Below, one piece after another: positions 1-10,294 of a stretch of 64,000 nucleotides of DNA. The stretch is from the NCBI GenBank assembly GCA_031384385.1, contig JANNAN010000007.1:10236-74235 (forward strand), in the 5' to 3' direction. Source of the DNA: Candidatus Tayloriibacteriota bacterium (GTDB taxonomy: Bacteria; Patescibacteriota; Minisyncoccia; Phycocordibacterales; PALSA-1337). A program made the position numbers and the translations under genes. Below the pieces are notes generated by a model, which worked only from the letters and a program-made list of their open reading frames with translations, was not told the origin of the DNA and ran no database searches. How positions within the stretch are numbered: the first letter of the stretch is position 1; each line of letters starts with the position of its first letter.

Positions 1-2386
1 TGTTGGACGCTTCCGTTTTAATAAGCGTTTCGGTAAATCAATGGATGAAAAAGAATTAGAAAGAAGAACAATTTCTGCTGACGATATAACAACTGTTATT
101 GCCCATATTGTTCTTTTGAATAATACTCCAGATGCAGTTGAAGATGATATTGATCATCTAGGTTCAAGACGCGTTAGATATGTTGGAGAACTTCTACAAC
201 AAAAACTGCGTGTTGGTATGACACAGATGAAAAGAAATATTCAGGACAGAATGTCTACGGTTGAACCAGATGTAACTCTTCCTGTAAATTTTGTTTTTCC
301 AAGACCATTACAAGCTCGTATAAAAGAATTTTTTACTACAAATCAGCTCTCACAATTCATGGGACAGGAAAATGTTCTATCAGAAATTGAAAATCTTAGA
401 AAACTTACAGCTCTAGGTCCAGGAGGGCTTACAAGAGAGCGTGCAGGTTTTGAAGTTAGAGATGTTCATCCTTCTCACTATGGAAGAATTTGTCCTATTC
501 ATACACCAGAAGGTCCAAACATTGGTCTTATTCTTAACCTTGCAACTTATGCCAGAATAAATGATTTTGGAATGATTGAAACTCCATATGCAAAAGTTAA
601 AAATGGAAAAGTTACAAAGGATATTGTTTATCTGAATGCATTAGAAGAAGAAGGATATAGAATTGCTCACGGTGCTATTCCATACGATGCATCTGGAAAA
701 ATTACAGAAGAAGAAGTTGAAGTTCGTATCAATGGTAAACCAGGTCTAGCAAAAGCAGACGATGTCGACTATATTGATGTATCAACAAATCAAGCATTTT
801 CAATTGCAACTTCTCTTATTCCATTCCTAAATCACGACGATGCAAACAGAGCACTCATGGGATCTAATATGCAAAAGCAGGCAACACCATGTTTAGTCCC
901 AGAAGCGCCACTAGTTGCTACGGGAATTGAAAAACAAGCAGTTATTGATACAGGACGCATTGTTCTTGCACCAGAAGATGGAGAAATTACATATGTTGAT
1001 GCAAAGAAGGTTATTTTTACAGGAAAAAAGAATGGAAAGAAAGAATACGATCTGGTTCATTTCTCAAGAACAAACGGATTCACTGCATTTCATCAGAGAC
1101 CTATTGTTAGTCTTGGAGATAAGGTAAAGAAGGGTGATGTTCTTGTAGATACATCTACTTCAGATAATGGAGAAATAGCTCTAGGGCAAAATATGCTAGT
1201 GGCATTTATGTCATGGTCTGGAAACAATTATGAAGATGCTATTATTCTTTCAGAAAGAGTTGTTAAAAATAGTAAATTTAGTTCAATTAACATTGAAGAA
1301 TTTGTAGTTAATGTTCGTGATACAAAATTAGGTCCAGAAGTTACAACTTGTGATATTCCAAATGTTGGAGAAGCAAAACTTAAAAATCTAGCAGAAGATG
1401 GAGTTGTCAGAGTTGGAGCAGAAGTAAGACCTGGGGATATTCTTGTTGGTAAAATTTCACCAAAGGGAGAAACTCAACTTACTCCAGAAGAAAGACTTTT
1501 GAGATCAATTTTCGGCGAAAAAGCTCGTGATGTAAAAGATACATCAAAAAGAATGGAAGGAGGAAAGAGAGGTCGTGTTATTTCAGTAAAGATTTTTTCA
1601 AGAGAAAAGGGAGATAAACTCGAATCAGGAATTATAAAAAGAATTTATATTGAAGTTGCTGAATTAAGAAATGTTTCTGTTGGAGATAAACTTGCTGGAC
1701 GACACGGAAACAAAGGAGTTATTTCAAGAATTCTTCCAGAAGAGGATATGCCATATATGGAAGATGGAACTCCAGTAGATGTTATTCTAACTCCACTTGG
1801 AGTGCCTTCTCGTATGAATCTTGGACAGATTCTAGAACTTCACTTAGGTCTTGCTGCACACACATTAAATTATCAAGCGATTGTTCCACCATTTACAGGT
1901 GCTACTGATGTAGAAATAAAAGAAGAGCTTGTAAAAGCAGGATTTGATGCATCAGGAAAAATGAAATTAAGAGATGGAAGAACTGGTGAACATTTCGATC
2001 AACCAATTGCTGTTGGATATATGTATATTTTGAAACTTCATCACATGGTTGAAGATAAAATCCATATGCGTTCAATTGGTCCTTATTCACTTATTACACA
2101 ACAGCCACTTGGAGGTAAGGCTCAAGGAGGAGGACAGAGATTTGGAGAAATGGAAGTCTGGGCACTTCTTGGACACGGCGCGGCTTATACATTGAGAGAA
2201 ATACTAACGATTAAGTCCGATGATATACAAGGTCGTTCACAAGCATTTGATTCGATTGTTAAGGGAGAAAGATTGAAACAACCAAACTTGCCAGCATCAT
2301 TTAATGTTCTTCTAAAGTCATTGAGAGGTCTAGCATTAGATGTCGAATTGATTAAAAAGAATAGAGATGAAGAAGAAACCGAATAA
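1..2386 (+). CDS. rpoB: DNA-directed RNA polymerase subunit beta (5'-truncated by window edge)
   Basis: Frame open from position 2 (VGRFRFNKRF...). Motifs GDKLAGRHGNKGV, RDVHPSHYGRICP, GGQRFGEME. Confidence 0.99.
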   Translation, partial: VGRFRFNKRFGKSMDEKELERRTISADDITTVIAHIVLLNNTPDAVEDDIDHLGSRRVRYVGELLQQKLRVGMTQMKRNIQDRMSTVEPDVTLPVNFVFPRPLQARIKEFFTTNQLSQFMGQENVLSEIENLRKLTALGPGGLTRERAGFEVRDVHPSHYGRICPIHTPEGPNIGLILNLATYARINDFGMIETPYAKVKNGKVTKDIVYLNALEEEGYRIAHGAIPYDASGKITEEEVEVRINGKPGLAKADDVDYIDVSTNQAFSIATSLIPFLNHDDANRALMGSNMQKQATPCLVPEAPLVATGIEKQAVIDTGRIVLAPEDGEITYVDAKKVIFTGKKNGKKEYDLVHFSRTNGFTAFHQRPIVSLGDKVKKGDVLVDTSTSDNGEIALGQNMLVAFMSWSGNNYEDAIILSERVVKNSKFSSINIEEFVVNVRDTKLGPEVTTCDIPNVGEAKLKNLAEDGVVRVGAEVRPGDILVGKISPKGETQLTPEERLLRSIFGEKARDVKDTSKRMEGGKRGRVISVKIFSREKGDKLESGIIKRIYIEVAELRNVSVGDKLAGRHGNKGVISRILPEEDMPYMEDGTPVDVILTPLGVPSRMNLGQILELHLGLAAHTLNYQAIVPPFTGATDVEIKEELVKAGFDASGKMKLRDGRTGEHFDQPIAVGYMYILKLHHMVEDKIHMRSIGPYSLITQQPLGGKAQGGGQRFGEMEVWALLGHGAAYTLREILTIKSDDIQGRSQAFDSIVKGERLKQPNLPASFNVLLKSLRGLALDVELIKKNRDEEETE

Positions 2387-2419
2387 TTGCAATCATAATC
2401 ATAATTAATATAAAAAACT

Positions 2420-5400
2420 ATGAATAATCCAATAAAAAGAAATAGTGATCCTCAGGATTTTGATGCAGTGAAGCTCGGTGTTGCTTCTCCAGAAAAAATC
2501 TTAGAATGGTCATTTGGTGAAATTACAAAGCCAGAGACAATTAACTACAGAACTCAGCGTTCAGAAAAGAACGGTCTTTTCGATGAAAAAATCTTCGGTC
2601 CAGATAAGGACTATGAATGTTACTGTGGAAAATACAGAGGAATTCGTTATAAGGGAATTACTTGTGAAAAATGTGGAGTTGAAATAACCAGATCAATAGT
2701 TCGTAGAGAAAGAATGGGTCATATTGAATTGGCAACACCGGTATCACATATTTGGTTTTTGCGTTCAATGCCTTCAAGAATTGGTTTGATTCTTGGAATG
2801 ACAACTTCGAGTCTTGAGAAGGTTGTTTACTTTGCTGGATATATTGTCACAAAGATTCATCAAGGTGAAAAAGATTCATTTTTAAAAGAACTTGATTCAG
2901 AATTCAAAACAAAAGTAAAAGCAGCTCAAGATGAAAAAACTAAGGAAGCTTTGAAAGAGCTTGTTACTACAGCTCGAAAAGAAATTGAAAGTCTAGAACC
3001 AGGATTTGTGATGGATGAAGTTGTTTATCATAAATTCTCAATGAAATATGGTTCATTATTTGAAGCAAATATTGGCGCAGAAGCTATATTTGATATTTTA
3101 AAGAAAACAGATCTAAATAAATTACTTGCACAATTAGAAACAGAATTACAAAAAGCAGGTGCTCTTGATAAAGAAAAACTTTCAAAAAGAATTTCATTGA
3201 TTAAGTCAATGATTAAATCTGAAATTCGACCAGAATGGATGTTTCTTACAAGAATTCCAGTTATTCCACCAGCATTAAGACCGATGGTGGCTCTTGATGG
3301 AGGTCGTTATGCTACTTCAGATGTGAATGATCTTTACAGAAGAGTTATAAATCGAAATAATCGTCTTTTGAAATTAAAAGAAATTGATGCTCCAGATGTT
3401 ATATTGAGAAATGAAAAAAGAATTCTACAAGAAGCTGTTGATGCGCTTATAGATAATTCAATTCGTCACGGCGCAGCTACAGGTGCTGCTGCTATTCAAG
3501 CCCAAAAGCGTGCATTGAAATCTCTTTCAGATAATCTAAAGAGCAAGAGAGGTCTATTTCGTCAAAATCTTCTAGGAAAGCGTGTGGACTATTCAGGACG
3601 ATCTGTAATCGTCGTAGGTCCAGAGCTTGCTCTTGATCAATGTGGCCTTCCAAAACATATGGCATTAGAATTATTCCGTCCATTTGTTATTTCAGGACTA
3701 TTAAAAAGAGAATTAGCATACAATATTCGTGGCGCGGGAAGACTTATTGATGATGGTTCAAAAGAAGTTTGGGAAATTCTAGAAGAAGTTATTGCAGGTA
3801 AATATGTTCTCCTAAACCGTGCTCCTACTCTACACAGACTTGGTATTCAAGCTTTCAGACCAACTTTGATTGAAGGAAATGCTATTCAAGTTCATCCACT
3901 CGTATGTACAGCTTTCAATGCTGACTTTGATGGAGATCAAATGGCTGTCCATGTTCCACTTGGAGTTGAGGCTCAATTAGAGGCAAAAGAAATTATGGCT
4001 TCTGATAAAAATATATTAAAGCCTGGAAATGGAGATCCTACAGTTGTAGCAAAGTTGCTTGATATTGTGCTTGGATGTTTTTGGATAACAAAGACAGTTG
4101 AAAATGATAAGGGAGAAGGTAAAATATTCGAAAGTCCTGAGGCGGCACTTATCGCTCACAATTATGGTGAAGTAACTTATCGTGCAAAAATTAAAATTCT
4201 TCCAACGGATTGCGAAAAGTTCGCTAAATTTGAAGGTAAAATATTTGAGACTACAGTTGGACGCCTTTTATTCAATGATATGTTGCCACCTGACTATCCT
4301 TTCATAAATAAGGAAATTGATAGAAAAAAATTATCAGCAATTATTGATGATTTAATTATTTCTCATGGTCTTGATAAAATTCCAGCTATCTTAGATGGAA
4401 TTAAAACATTCGGATTCAAGTACGCCACACATTCAGGAACAACTTGGGGTATTGATGATGTTGTTATTCCAGTAGGAAAGAAAGATGTAATAGCAAAAGC
4501 GAAAGCACATTCAGAAGAAGTAATGGGTCAATATAATGAAGGACTTTTGACTGATGAAGAAAGAATTAGAAAAAATATTGAAATTTGGCACAAAGCAAAG
4601 AATGATGTTGAAAAATTAATTCCTGGCTCACTTGATAGAATGGGATCTGTTTACGATATGGTTAATTCTGGAGCAAGAGGATCATATTCACAGATTACAC
4701 AGATGGCAGGTATGAAAGGTCTTATTGCATCTACTTCTGGAGAAACCATTGAATTTCCAATTCTATCTTGTTCAAAAGAAGGTCTAACACCTATTGAATA
4801 TTTCATTACAACTCACGGTTCAAGAAAAGGTCTAACCGACACAGCTTTGAATACAGCTAAGGCTGGTTATCTAACAAGAAAACTATTCGTAGTTGCTCAA
4901 GATGTTATGGTGAATGAAGATGATTGTGGTACAAAAGATTCAATAATTATAAAGAGACAAACAGCATCAGGTATTAATATTCCACTTTCAAAGAATATTA
5001 GAGGGCGTGTACTTTCAGAAGATTTGATTGGTGATAAGGGTGATGTCTTATTTAAAAAGAATCATCTTCTAACAAAACTTGAAGCAATGAAAGTTGAAGA
5101 AACTGGAGTTACAGAAGTACATGTAAGATCCCCTCTTTCATGTAAAAGTGTTCGTGGTGTTTGTGCTCAATGTTACGGAGTTGATTTGGGAAGAAATAAA
5201 CTTGTAGAACTTGGAGAAGCCGTGGGAACAGTTGCAGGTCAAGCTATTGGAGAACCGGGAACACAATTAACAATGCGTACATTCCATGCGGGAGGTACAG
5301 CTTCAGTTGGCGGAGATATTACTCAAGGTTTACCAAGAGTTGAAGAAATTTTTGAAAAGAGAAGACCAAAGAATCCTGCGGTTGTTGCTACAGTTACAGG

Positions 5401-6097
5401 AACAGTTACAGAGGTAAAAGATCTTGGAAAAGAAAAAATAATTAAAATTATGCCAGAATTAGAAGATCGGGCTAAAGGTCATAAGGCAAGTGAAGTAGAA
5501 TATTCTTTTCATCCAAAGCGTATGTCTCTTATAAAAATTGGTGATAATGTAAATAAGGGAGATCTAATAACAGATGGTTCTGCTGACATCGATGAAGTGT
5601 TTGAATTCGGTGGAGCAGAGAAGGCGAAGGACTATGTTATTAGTGAAGTTGGAAAGATCTACGAACTTCAAGGAGAAACTGTGGCAAGAAAGCACATTGA
5701 AGTTATTGTGAAGCAAATGTTCTCAAGAAGAAAAATTACACTTGCAGGAGATACAAATTTTGCAGAAGGTATGATTATTGATGATACTTATCTTCGTGAA
5801 GAAAATGATAAGGCAAAGGAAAAAGGTGGTTCAGTAGCAAAAGCTGAGGCAGTAGTTATGGGAATTACAGAAGTTTCTTTATCAAGAAAATCTTTCCTTT
5901 CAGCGGCTTCATTCCAACATACAACTCGGGTTCTTATAAATAGTGCAGTTCGAGGAAGTGAAGACGATCTAATAGGTCTAATGGAGAATGTTATTATCGG
6001 ACGCTTGATTCCAGCAGGTTCAGGATTTGCAGGAAGTCCAAAGCAGAAGATGATTGAAACAGTACAGCCAACAGAGGAGGAAATGAGAGGGTATTAG
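2420..6097 (+). CDS. rpoC: DNA-directed RNA polymerase subunit beta'
   Basis: NADFDGDQM catalytic motif, N-terminal Zn finger CYCGKY..CEKC, follows rpoB. Confidence 0.99.
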   Translation: MNNPIKRNSDPQDFDAVKLGVASPEKILEWSFGEITKPETINYRTQRSEKNGLFDEKIFGPDKDYECYCGKYRGIRYKGITCEKCGVEITRSIVRRERMGHIELATPVSHIWFLRSMPSRIGLILGMTTSSLEKVVYFAGYIVTKIHQGEKDSFLKELDSEFKTKVKAAQDEKTKEALKELVTTARKEIESLEPGFVMDEVVYHKFSMKYGSLFEANIGAEAIFDILKKTDLNKLLAQLETELQKAGALDKEKLSKRISLIKSMIKSEIRPEWMFLTRIPVIPPALRPMVALDGGRYATSDVNDLYRRVINRNNRLLKLKEIDAPDVILRNEKRILQEAVDALIDNSIRHGAATGAAAIQAQKRALKSLSDNLKSKRGLFRQNLLGKRVDYSGRSVIVVGPELALDQCGLPKHMALELFRPFVISGLLKRELAYNIRGAGRLIDDGSKEVWEILEEVIAGKYVLLNRAPTLHRLGIQAFRPTLIEGNAIQVHPLVCTAFNADFDGDQMAVHVPLGVEAQLEAKEIMASDKNILKPGNGDPTVVAKLLDIVLGCFWITKTVENDKGEGKIFESPEAALIAHNYGEVTYRAKIKILPTDCEKFAKFEGKIFETTVGRLLFNDMLPPDYPFINKEIDRKKLSAIIDDLIISHGLDKIPAILDGIKTFGFKYATHSGTTWGIDDVVIPVGKKDVIAKAKAHSEEVMGQYNEGLLTDEERIRKNIEIWHKAKNDVEKLIPGSLDRMGSVYDMVNSGARGSYSQITQMAGMKGLIASTSGETIEFPILSCSKEGLTPIEYFITTHGSRKGLTDTALNTAKAGYLTRKLFVVAQDVMVNEDDCGTKDSIIIKRQTASGINIPLSKNIRGRVLSEDLIGDKGDVLFKKNHLLTKLEAMKVEETGVTEVHVRSPLSCKSVRGVCAQCYGVDLGRNKLVELGEAVGTVAGQAIGEPGTQLTMRTFHAGGTASVGGDITQGLPRVEEIFEKRRPKNPAVVATVTGTVTEVKDLGKEKIIKIMPELEDRAKGHKASEVEYSFHPKRMSLIKIGDNVNKGDLITDGSADIDEVFEFGGAEKAKDYVISEVGKIYELQGETVARKHIEVIVKQMFSRRKITLAGDTNFAEGMIIDDTYLREENDKAKEKGGSVAKAEAVVMGITEVSLSRKSFLSAASFQHTTRVLINSAVRGSEDDLIGLMENVIIGRLIPAGSGFAGSPKQKMIETVQPTEEEMRGY

Positions 6098-6198
6098 GAG
6101 GAAAAGTTTGTAAGCGCAGAAGTCTTTTTTATGAAACATGTTGAGGAAAAAAGAGCTTGTGCGCTTTAAAGAACTTTTCGTAAGTAATTAAAAGTAAC

Positions 6199-6230
6199 AA
6201 AAGGAGCCCTAGAAACAGGGTTCTTTTTGT
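6199..6230 (+). terminator. Intrinsic terminator after rpoBC
   Basis: Hairpin AAAAGGAGCCCT-agaaac-AGGGTTCTTTTT followed by T-rich sequence. Confidence 0.7.
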
Positions 6231-6232
6231 GG

Positions 6233-6262
6233 TTGACAAGGGTAGGTTTGATGTGCTATAAT
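6233..6262 (+). promoter_or_regulatory. Sigma70 promoter
   Basis: TTGACA-18 nt-TATAAT with TG extended -10. Confidence 0.75.
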
Positions 6263-6302
6263 ATGAGAGTAGTTCGGTAAACAATTTACGAAAGGCAAAA
6301 TA

Positions 6303-6917
6303 GTGAACATTGAAAATTTGATCGGATACGCAGCCATATTCTTCGGAATTATCGGCTCGTGGGGTCTTTATAGACAGACACGGCTTATTTGGAAATCAAA
6401 ATCTGCAGAGTCGGTGTCGGGGGTTTGGGTAATCATCTTCCTTGCGATGTTTGCGAGCTTTCTGATTTATGGTTCGCAACATGGAAGTTTTCCAATGAAG
6501 TTTCAGGGATGGCTAAGGGTTATTTTTTCAGTTCCAGTTACAGTGGGTTTCTACCTTTATGGTAAGCATACATGGAAACATAATGTGCTTGCGATAATTT
6601 GTGTGATCCTACTTGTAACAATGGAATGGAGAGAGTTTTCCTCGGTAATCTTTCTGGGATTCTCATTCGCGGGAATTGGAAGTTCTTTTCTACAAGCCTA
6701 CACAATCTTTAAGAATCGTTCGAGGGGTAAGGTTGCGGTTGAACTGCAAATTATCTATCTTTCGGCGATTACTTGCTGGTTAGTGTATGCCATTCTTCGG
6801 AAGGACACTCCGCTCCTTGCCGTATCAATCGGTTTTATACTCTCATACTCATCCACAATCGTTATGTGGGTAAAGTATCCAGGGTTGCGGATTTCACAAC
6901 ACCAACTTGCTTCATAG
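6303..6917 (+). CDS. PQ-loop/SemiSWEET-like membrane protein with two repeats
   Basis: Hydrophobic protein with two similar halves (Q..IWKSKSAESVS and Q..IFKNRSRGKVA) typical of MtN3/PQ-loop units. GTG start. Confidence 0.7.
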   Translation: MNIENLIGYAAIFFGIIGSWGLYRQTRLIWKSKSAESVSGVWVIIFLAMFASFLIYGSQHGSFPMKFQGWLRVIFSVPVTVGFYLYGKHTWKHNVLAIICVILLVTMEWREFSSVIFLGFSFAGIGSSFLQAYTIFKNRSRGKVAVELQIIYLSAITCWLVYAILRKDTPLLAVSIGFILSYSSTIVMWVKYPGLRISQHQLAS

Positions 6918-6935
6918 CGGTTGGTGTTTCTTTTT
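6898..6935 (+). terminator. Intrinsic terminator
   Basis: AACACCAAC...GTTGGTGTT stem followed by TCTTTTT. Confidence 0.65.
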
Positions 6936-6967
6936 ATATTAGAGATTATTTGTGATACAATTTAAAT

Positions 6968-7369
6968 ATGAAAAAGTATGAAAATCTTATTACTTATGGT
7001 GACGAACAGTCCTTGGCTAATGTTGCTTATCACCACGAAGCCCCACTAACTCGATATGTAATGCTTCAAAAAGATAAAGTGGAAGGTGATGGTGGTTTTA
7101 GAGTGGTATCTCATATAATTAATAATTTACCAGAAGTCGTATCTTCTTATTGTGAATTACATTGGCATGATTTTGATGAAATTAATTTGATTCAATCTGA
7201 AGATAACTCTCTTAAATATAAAATTAAATTAGAAGATGAAACTTATGAAGTTATTGCTCCGGCAACTGTCTATATACCAAAAGGAATTAGGCATTCTGCA
7301 GAAGTTATTTCAGGAAGGGGAGTATTTACTGCAATAACTTTTACTAAAAATTATAGGGCGCAACAATAA
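6968..7369 (+). CDS. Cupin-domain protein
   Basis: HWHDFDE metal motif and YIPKGIRHS second cupin motif. Confidence 0.8.
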   Translation: MKKYENLITYGDEQSLANVAYHHEAPLTRYVMLQKDKVEGDGGFRVVSHIINNLPEVVSSYCELHWHDFDEINLIQSEDNSLKYKIKLEDETYEVIAPATVYIPKGIRHSAEVISGRGVFTAITFTKNYRAQQ

Positions 7370-7372
7370 AAA

Positions 7373-7428
7373 TCTTTATCAAATCTTTATTCCGTCTTTA
7401 GAGTTTCTTTATCTCGATCTGGTAAAAT
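7373..7428 (+). promoter_or_regulatory. Four TCTTTA(T/G) direct repeats at 11-bp period upstream of a -10 element
   Basis: Repeats start at 7373, 7384, 7395, 7406. TAAAAT at 7423. Confidence 0.65.
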
Positions 7429-7478
7429 CCATGGATTATTAGATAAATTATATAAAATATTAATTTAGGCACCAATTC

Positions 7479-7503
7479 AACCTGTTCCAAAATGGAACAG
7501 GTT
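7479..7503. repeat. Perfect 11-3-11 palindrome
   Basis: AACCTGTTCCA-aaa-TGGAACAGGTT. Confidence 0.9.
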
Positions 7504-7601
7504 CAAATAGGTGGAATTTTTGTTCACATCTTACAAACACCTTTTAAACAAAAATAAATTAGATATTTATAACTAAATGTTATAATAGGTAAATAAAATT
7601 A

Positions 7602-7626
7602 AGTTGTAAAGAATTTCTTTACAACT
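7602..7626. repeat. Perfect 11-3-11 palindrome
   Basis: AGTTGTAAAGA-att-TCTTTACAACT. Confidence 0.9.
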
Positions 7627-7669
7627 ACCAAAATCATCTAAATCTATTATTAATCTAATTTATATAAAT

Positions 7670-8491
7670 ATGGAATATAATCAAATTATTTTATTTAAAG
7701 GAAAGAATATAAGGAGAAAATTACATGAAAATGAATGGTATTTTTCTATTGTTGATATTATTAAGGTTTTAACAGATTCAGATAGTCCTAGTGTATATTG
7801 GTCTGTAATGAAAAGTCGATTAGAAACAGAAGAGAAAATTGAACTGTTTACAATTTGTAAACAGTTGAAATTGGAAGCAGAAGATGGAAAGATGCGAGAA
7901 ACAGACTGCGCAAATCCAGAAGGAATCTTTCGTATTATTCAATCGATCCCATCACCTAAAGCTGAACCATTTAAAAAATGGTTAGCAAAGGTAGGATATG
8001 AAAGAATACAAGAAATTGAGAATCCAGAATTAGCCACAAAGCGTACTAGAGCTTTATATAAATTAAAGGGATATTCTGATGACTGGATAGAAAAAAGAAT
8101 GAGAGGTATTGCTATAAGAGAGGAATTAACTGATGAATGGAAAAATAGAGGAGCAAAAGAACAAAGTGATTATGAAATTTTAACGGCAGAAATATCCAAA
8201 GCTACTTTTGGTGTAACTCCAAATGAATATAAAAAATTAAAAGGATTAGAAAAGGAAAATCTTCGAGATTATATGAATGATTTTGAATTAATATTTACTA
8301 TGCTTGGTGAGAAGTCTACCACAGAGATTCATAAAACAGAGGATTCAAAAGGTATTCCAAAACTTAAAGAAGATGCTAAATTTGGTGGCGAAATCGCTGG
8401 TGGAGCAAGAAAGCAATTAGAGAAAAAGCTTAAGAAATCAATTGTTTCTGAGAGAAATTATAAAAATTTAAATAATAAAAAATTGAAGTAA
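7670..8491 (+). CDS. Bro-N domain protein (phage antirepressor-like)
   Basis: WYFSIVDII, RIIQSIPSPKAEPFKKWLA and KENLRD motifs. Paralog of 19644-20474. Confidence 0.85.
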   Translation: MEYNQIILFKGKNIRRKLHENEWYFSIVDIIKVLTDSDSPSVYWSVMKSRLETEEKIELFTICKQLKLEAEDGKMRETDCANPEGIFRIIQSIPSPKAEPFKKWLAKVGYERIQEIENPELATKRTRALYKLKGYSDDWIEKRMRGIAIREELTDEWKNRGAKEQSDYEILTAEISKATFGVTPNEYKKLKGLEKENLRDYMNDFELIFTMLGEKSTTEIHKTEDSKGIPKLKEDAKFGGEIAGGARKQLEKKLKKSIVSERNYKNLNNKKLK

Positions 8492-8548
8492 AAAAGACTC
8501 GATTTTGTCAATCGTGACTTTATGCCTTAATTAGCTATAATGTAATCA

Positions 8549-10291
8549 ATGTCATCTAATGTAGAAAAAATCAAGGAAAGGCTTGGTATTGAGGAAGTAA
8601 TCAGCTCATATATCAAGCTGGACAAAGCAGGGAAAAATTCCAAAGGAAAATGCCCATTTCATAATGAAAAGACCCCATCTTTTTTTGTATCTCCAGATAG
8701 GGGTGGATATTATTGTTTCGGATGTGGAGCTAAGGGAGATATTTTTTCTTTTGTGGAACAATTTGAAGGGTTAGATTTTATGGGAGCTTTGAAACTTTTG
8801 GCGGAAAGAGCCGGAGTTCAACTTGAATTTGATAAAAATACTCAAGAACATAAAAGTGAAAAAGAAAAATTATTAGCGATAATGGAAGACGCCGCAGTAT
8901 TTTTTGAAGGTGGACTAGCACATTCCGAACAAGCTAGAGATTATTTAAAAAAGAGAGGAATTAAAGAAGAAACCGCAAAGAAATTTAGAATTGGATATAT
9001 TCCTGCAGACTGGCGATTACTTTATAATTATTTAATTTCTAAAAAATATTTTGAGAATGATATTGAAAAAGCTGGTTTAATTAAAAAGCCAGAAGCAATA
9101 GATGGTGCAATTCAAAAAGGGTATTACGATCGATTCCGTGGAAGAATAATGTTTCCAATTTCAGATTCAAGTGGAAGAATTGTTGCTTTTTCTGGAAGAA
9201 TTTTAATTGATGATGGAAAGTCTGCAAAATATTTGAATAGCCCAGATACAGTTCTATTTAATAAATCGAATGTGCTTTATGGGATCGATAAGGCAAAGCA
9301 AGATATTCGCATAAAAAATTATTCAATAATGGTCGAGGGTCAAATGGATCTCGTCCTATCTCATCAAGCTGGAATAAAAAATACAGTGGCAGTTTCTGGA
9401 ACGGCATTAGCTGATACTTTGATTACAAAAGATAATGTAATAAATAATTTAGGAATTGTGAAAAGACTTTCAAATAATATTATTTTGGCTTTTGATTCTG
9501 ATAATGCCGGACGAAAAGCAGCAATGAGATCTGCTGGAATCGCATTAAGTCTCGGAATGGATGTAAAAATTGCAGATTTACCAGAAGGGAAAGATCCAGC
9601 TGATCTTGTTCTGACAGATCCAGAATCATGGAAGAATGTATTGCGTAATTCTAAACCTGTGGTAGAATTTCAAATTGATACTGTGCTGAAACAAAAGCTT
9701 GACCCGCGCAAATTGCCACAGGCATTGCGGGACAATGTCCTTCCATTTATTGCTCCTCTTACAGGCGCGATGGAAAAAGCACACTATATAAAGTTAATAA
9801 AGGAGAAAACAGGTCTTTCTGAAGAATCTATCAAAGAAGATTTGAAAAAAGTAGAATCTTTAATGAAAGGTGAAATAGCACAAATTAAAACTCAAGAAGT
9901 TTTAAAATCATCAGCTTCACGCCTAGATTCAATTACAAGAAAACTGTTCGGTCTACTTTATTTTTTAGAAAAAAATCCAATATCTAGTATATCTGTTGAT
10001 AGTCAAAAAACTATTATAAAAGAAATAGCTGGAGAAAAGTATGATAATTTAATAAAAAATACTGAACCATTCAAAGATGGACTGCTCCTTGAAGCAGAAA
10101 TCACTTTTGGTTCAAGTACAAAAGAAATTGAAAAAGATCTCAAAGAGTTATTGATCAATTTTGAAGATGATTTAATAAGAGAAGAATTTAATGAAGTAGA
10201 TTCAAATATCCACTCGGAAGAAACTTATAAAAAGATAAATGAATTAAATAAAAGAAGACTATCATTAGAAAATAAAAAGAAAAATTTATAA
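8549..10291 (+). CDS. dnaG: DNA primase
   Basis: CPFHNEKTPSF..CFGC Zn finger, KYLNSP, EGQMD and FDSD TOPRIM motifs. Confidence 0.98.
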   Translation: MSSNVEKIKERLGIEEVISSYIKLDKAGKNSKGKCPFHNEKTPSFFVSPDRGGYYCFGCGAKGDIFSFVEQFEGLDFMGALKLLAERAGVQLEFDKNTQEHKSEKEKLLAIMEDAAVFFEGGLAHSEQARDYLKKRGIKEETAKKFRIGYIPADWRLLYNYLISKKYFENDIEKAGLIKKPEAIDGAIQKGYYDRFRGRIMFPISDSSGRIVAFSGRILIDDGKSAKYLNSPDTVLFNKSNVLYGIDKAKQDIRIKNYSIMVEGQMDLVLSHQAGIKNTVAVSGTALADTLITKDNVINNLGIVKRLSNNIILAFDSDNAGRKAAMRSAGIALSLGMDVKIADLPEGKDPADLVLTDPESWKNVLRNSKPVVEFQIDTVLKQKLDPRKLPQALRDNVLPFIAPLTGAMEKAHYIKLIKEKTGLSEESIKEDLKKVESLMKGEIAQIKTQEVLKSSASRLDSITRKLFGLLYFLEKNPISSISVDSQKTIIKEIAGEKYDNLIKNTEPFKDGLLLEAEITFGSSTKEIEKDLKELLINFEDDLIREEFNEVDSNIHSEETYKKINELNKRRLSLENKKKNL

Positions 10292-10294
10292 TAT

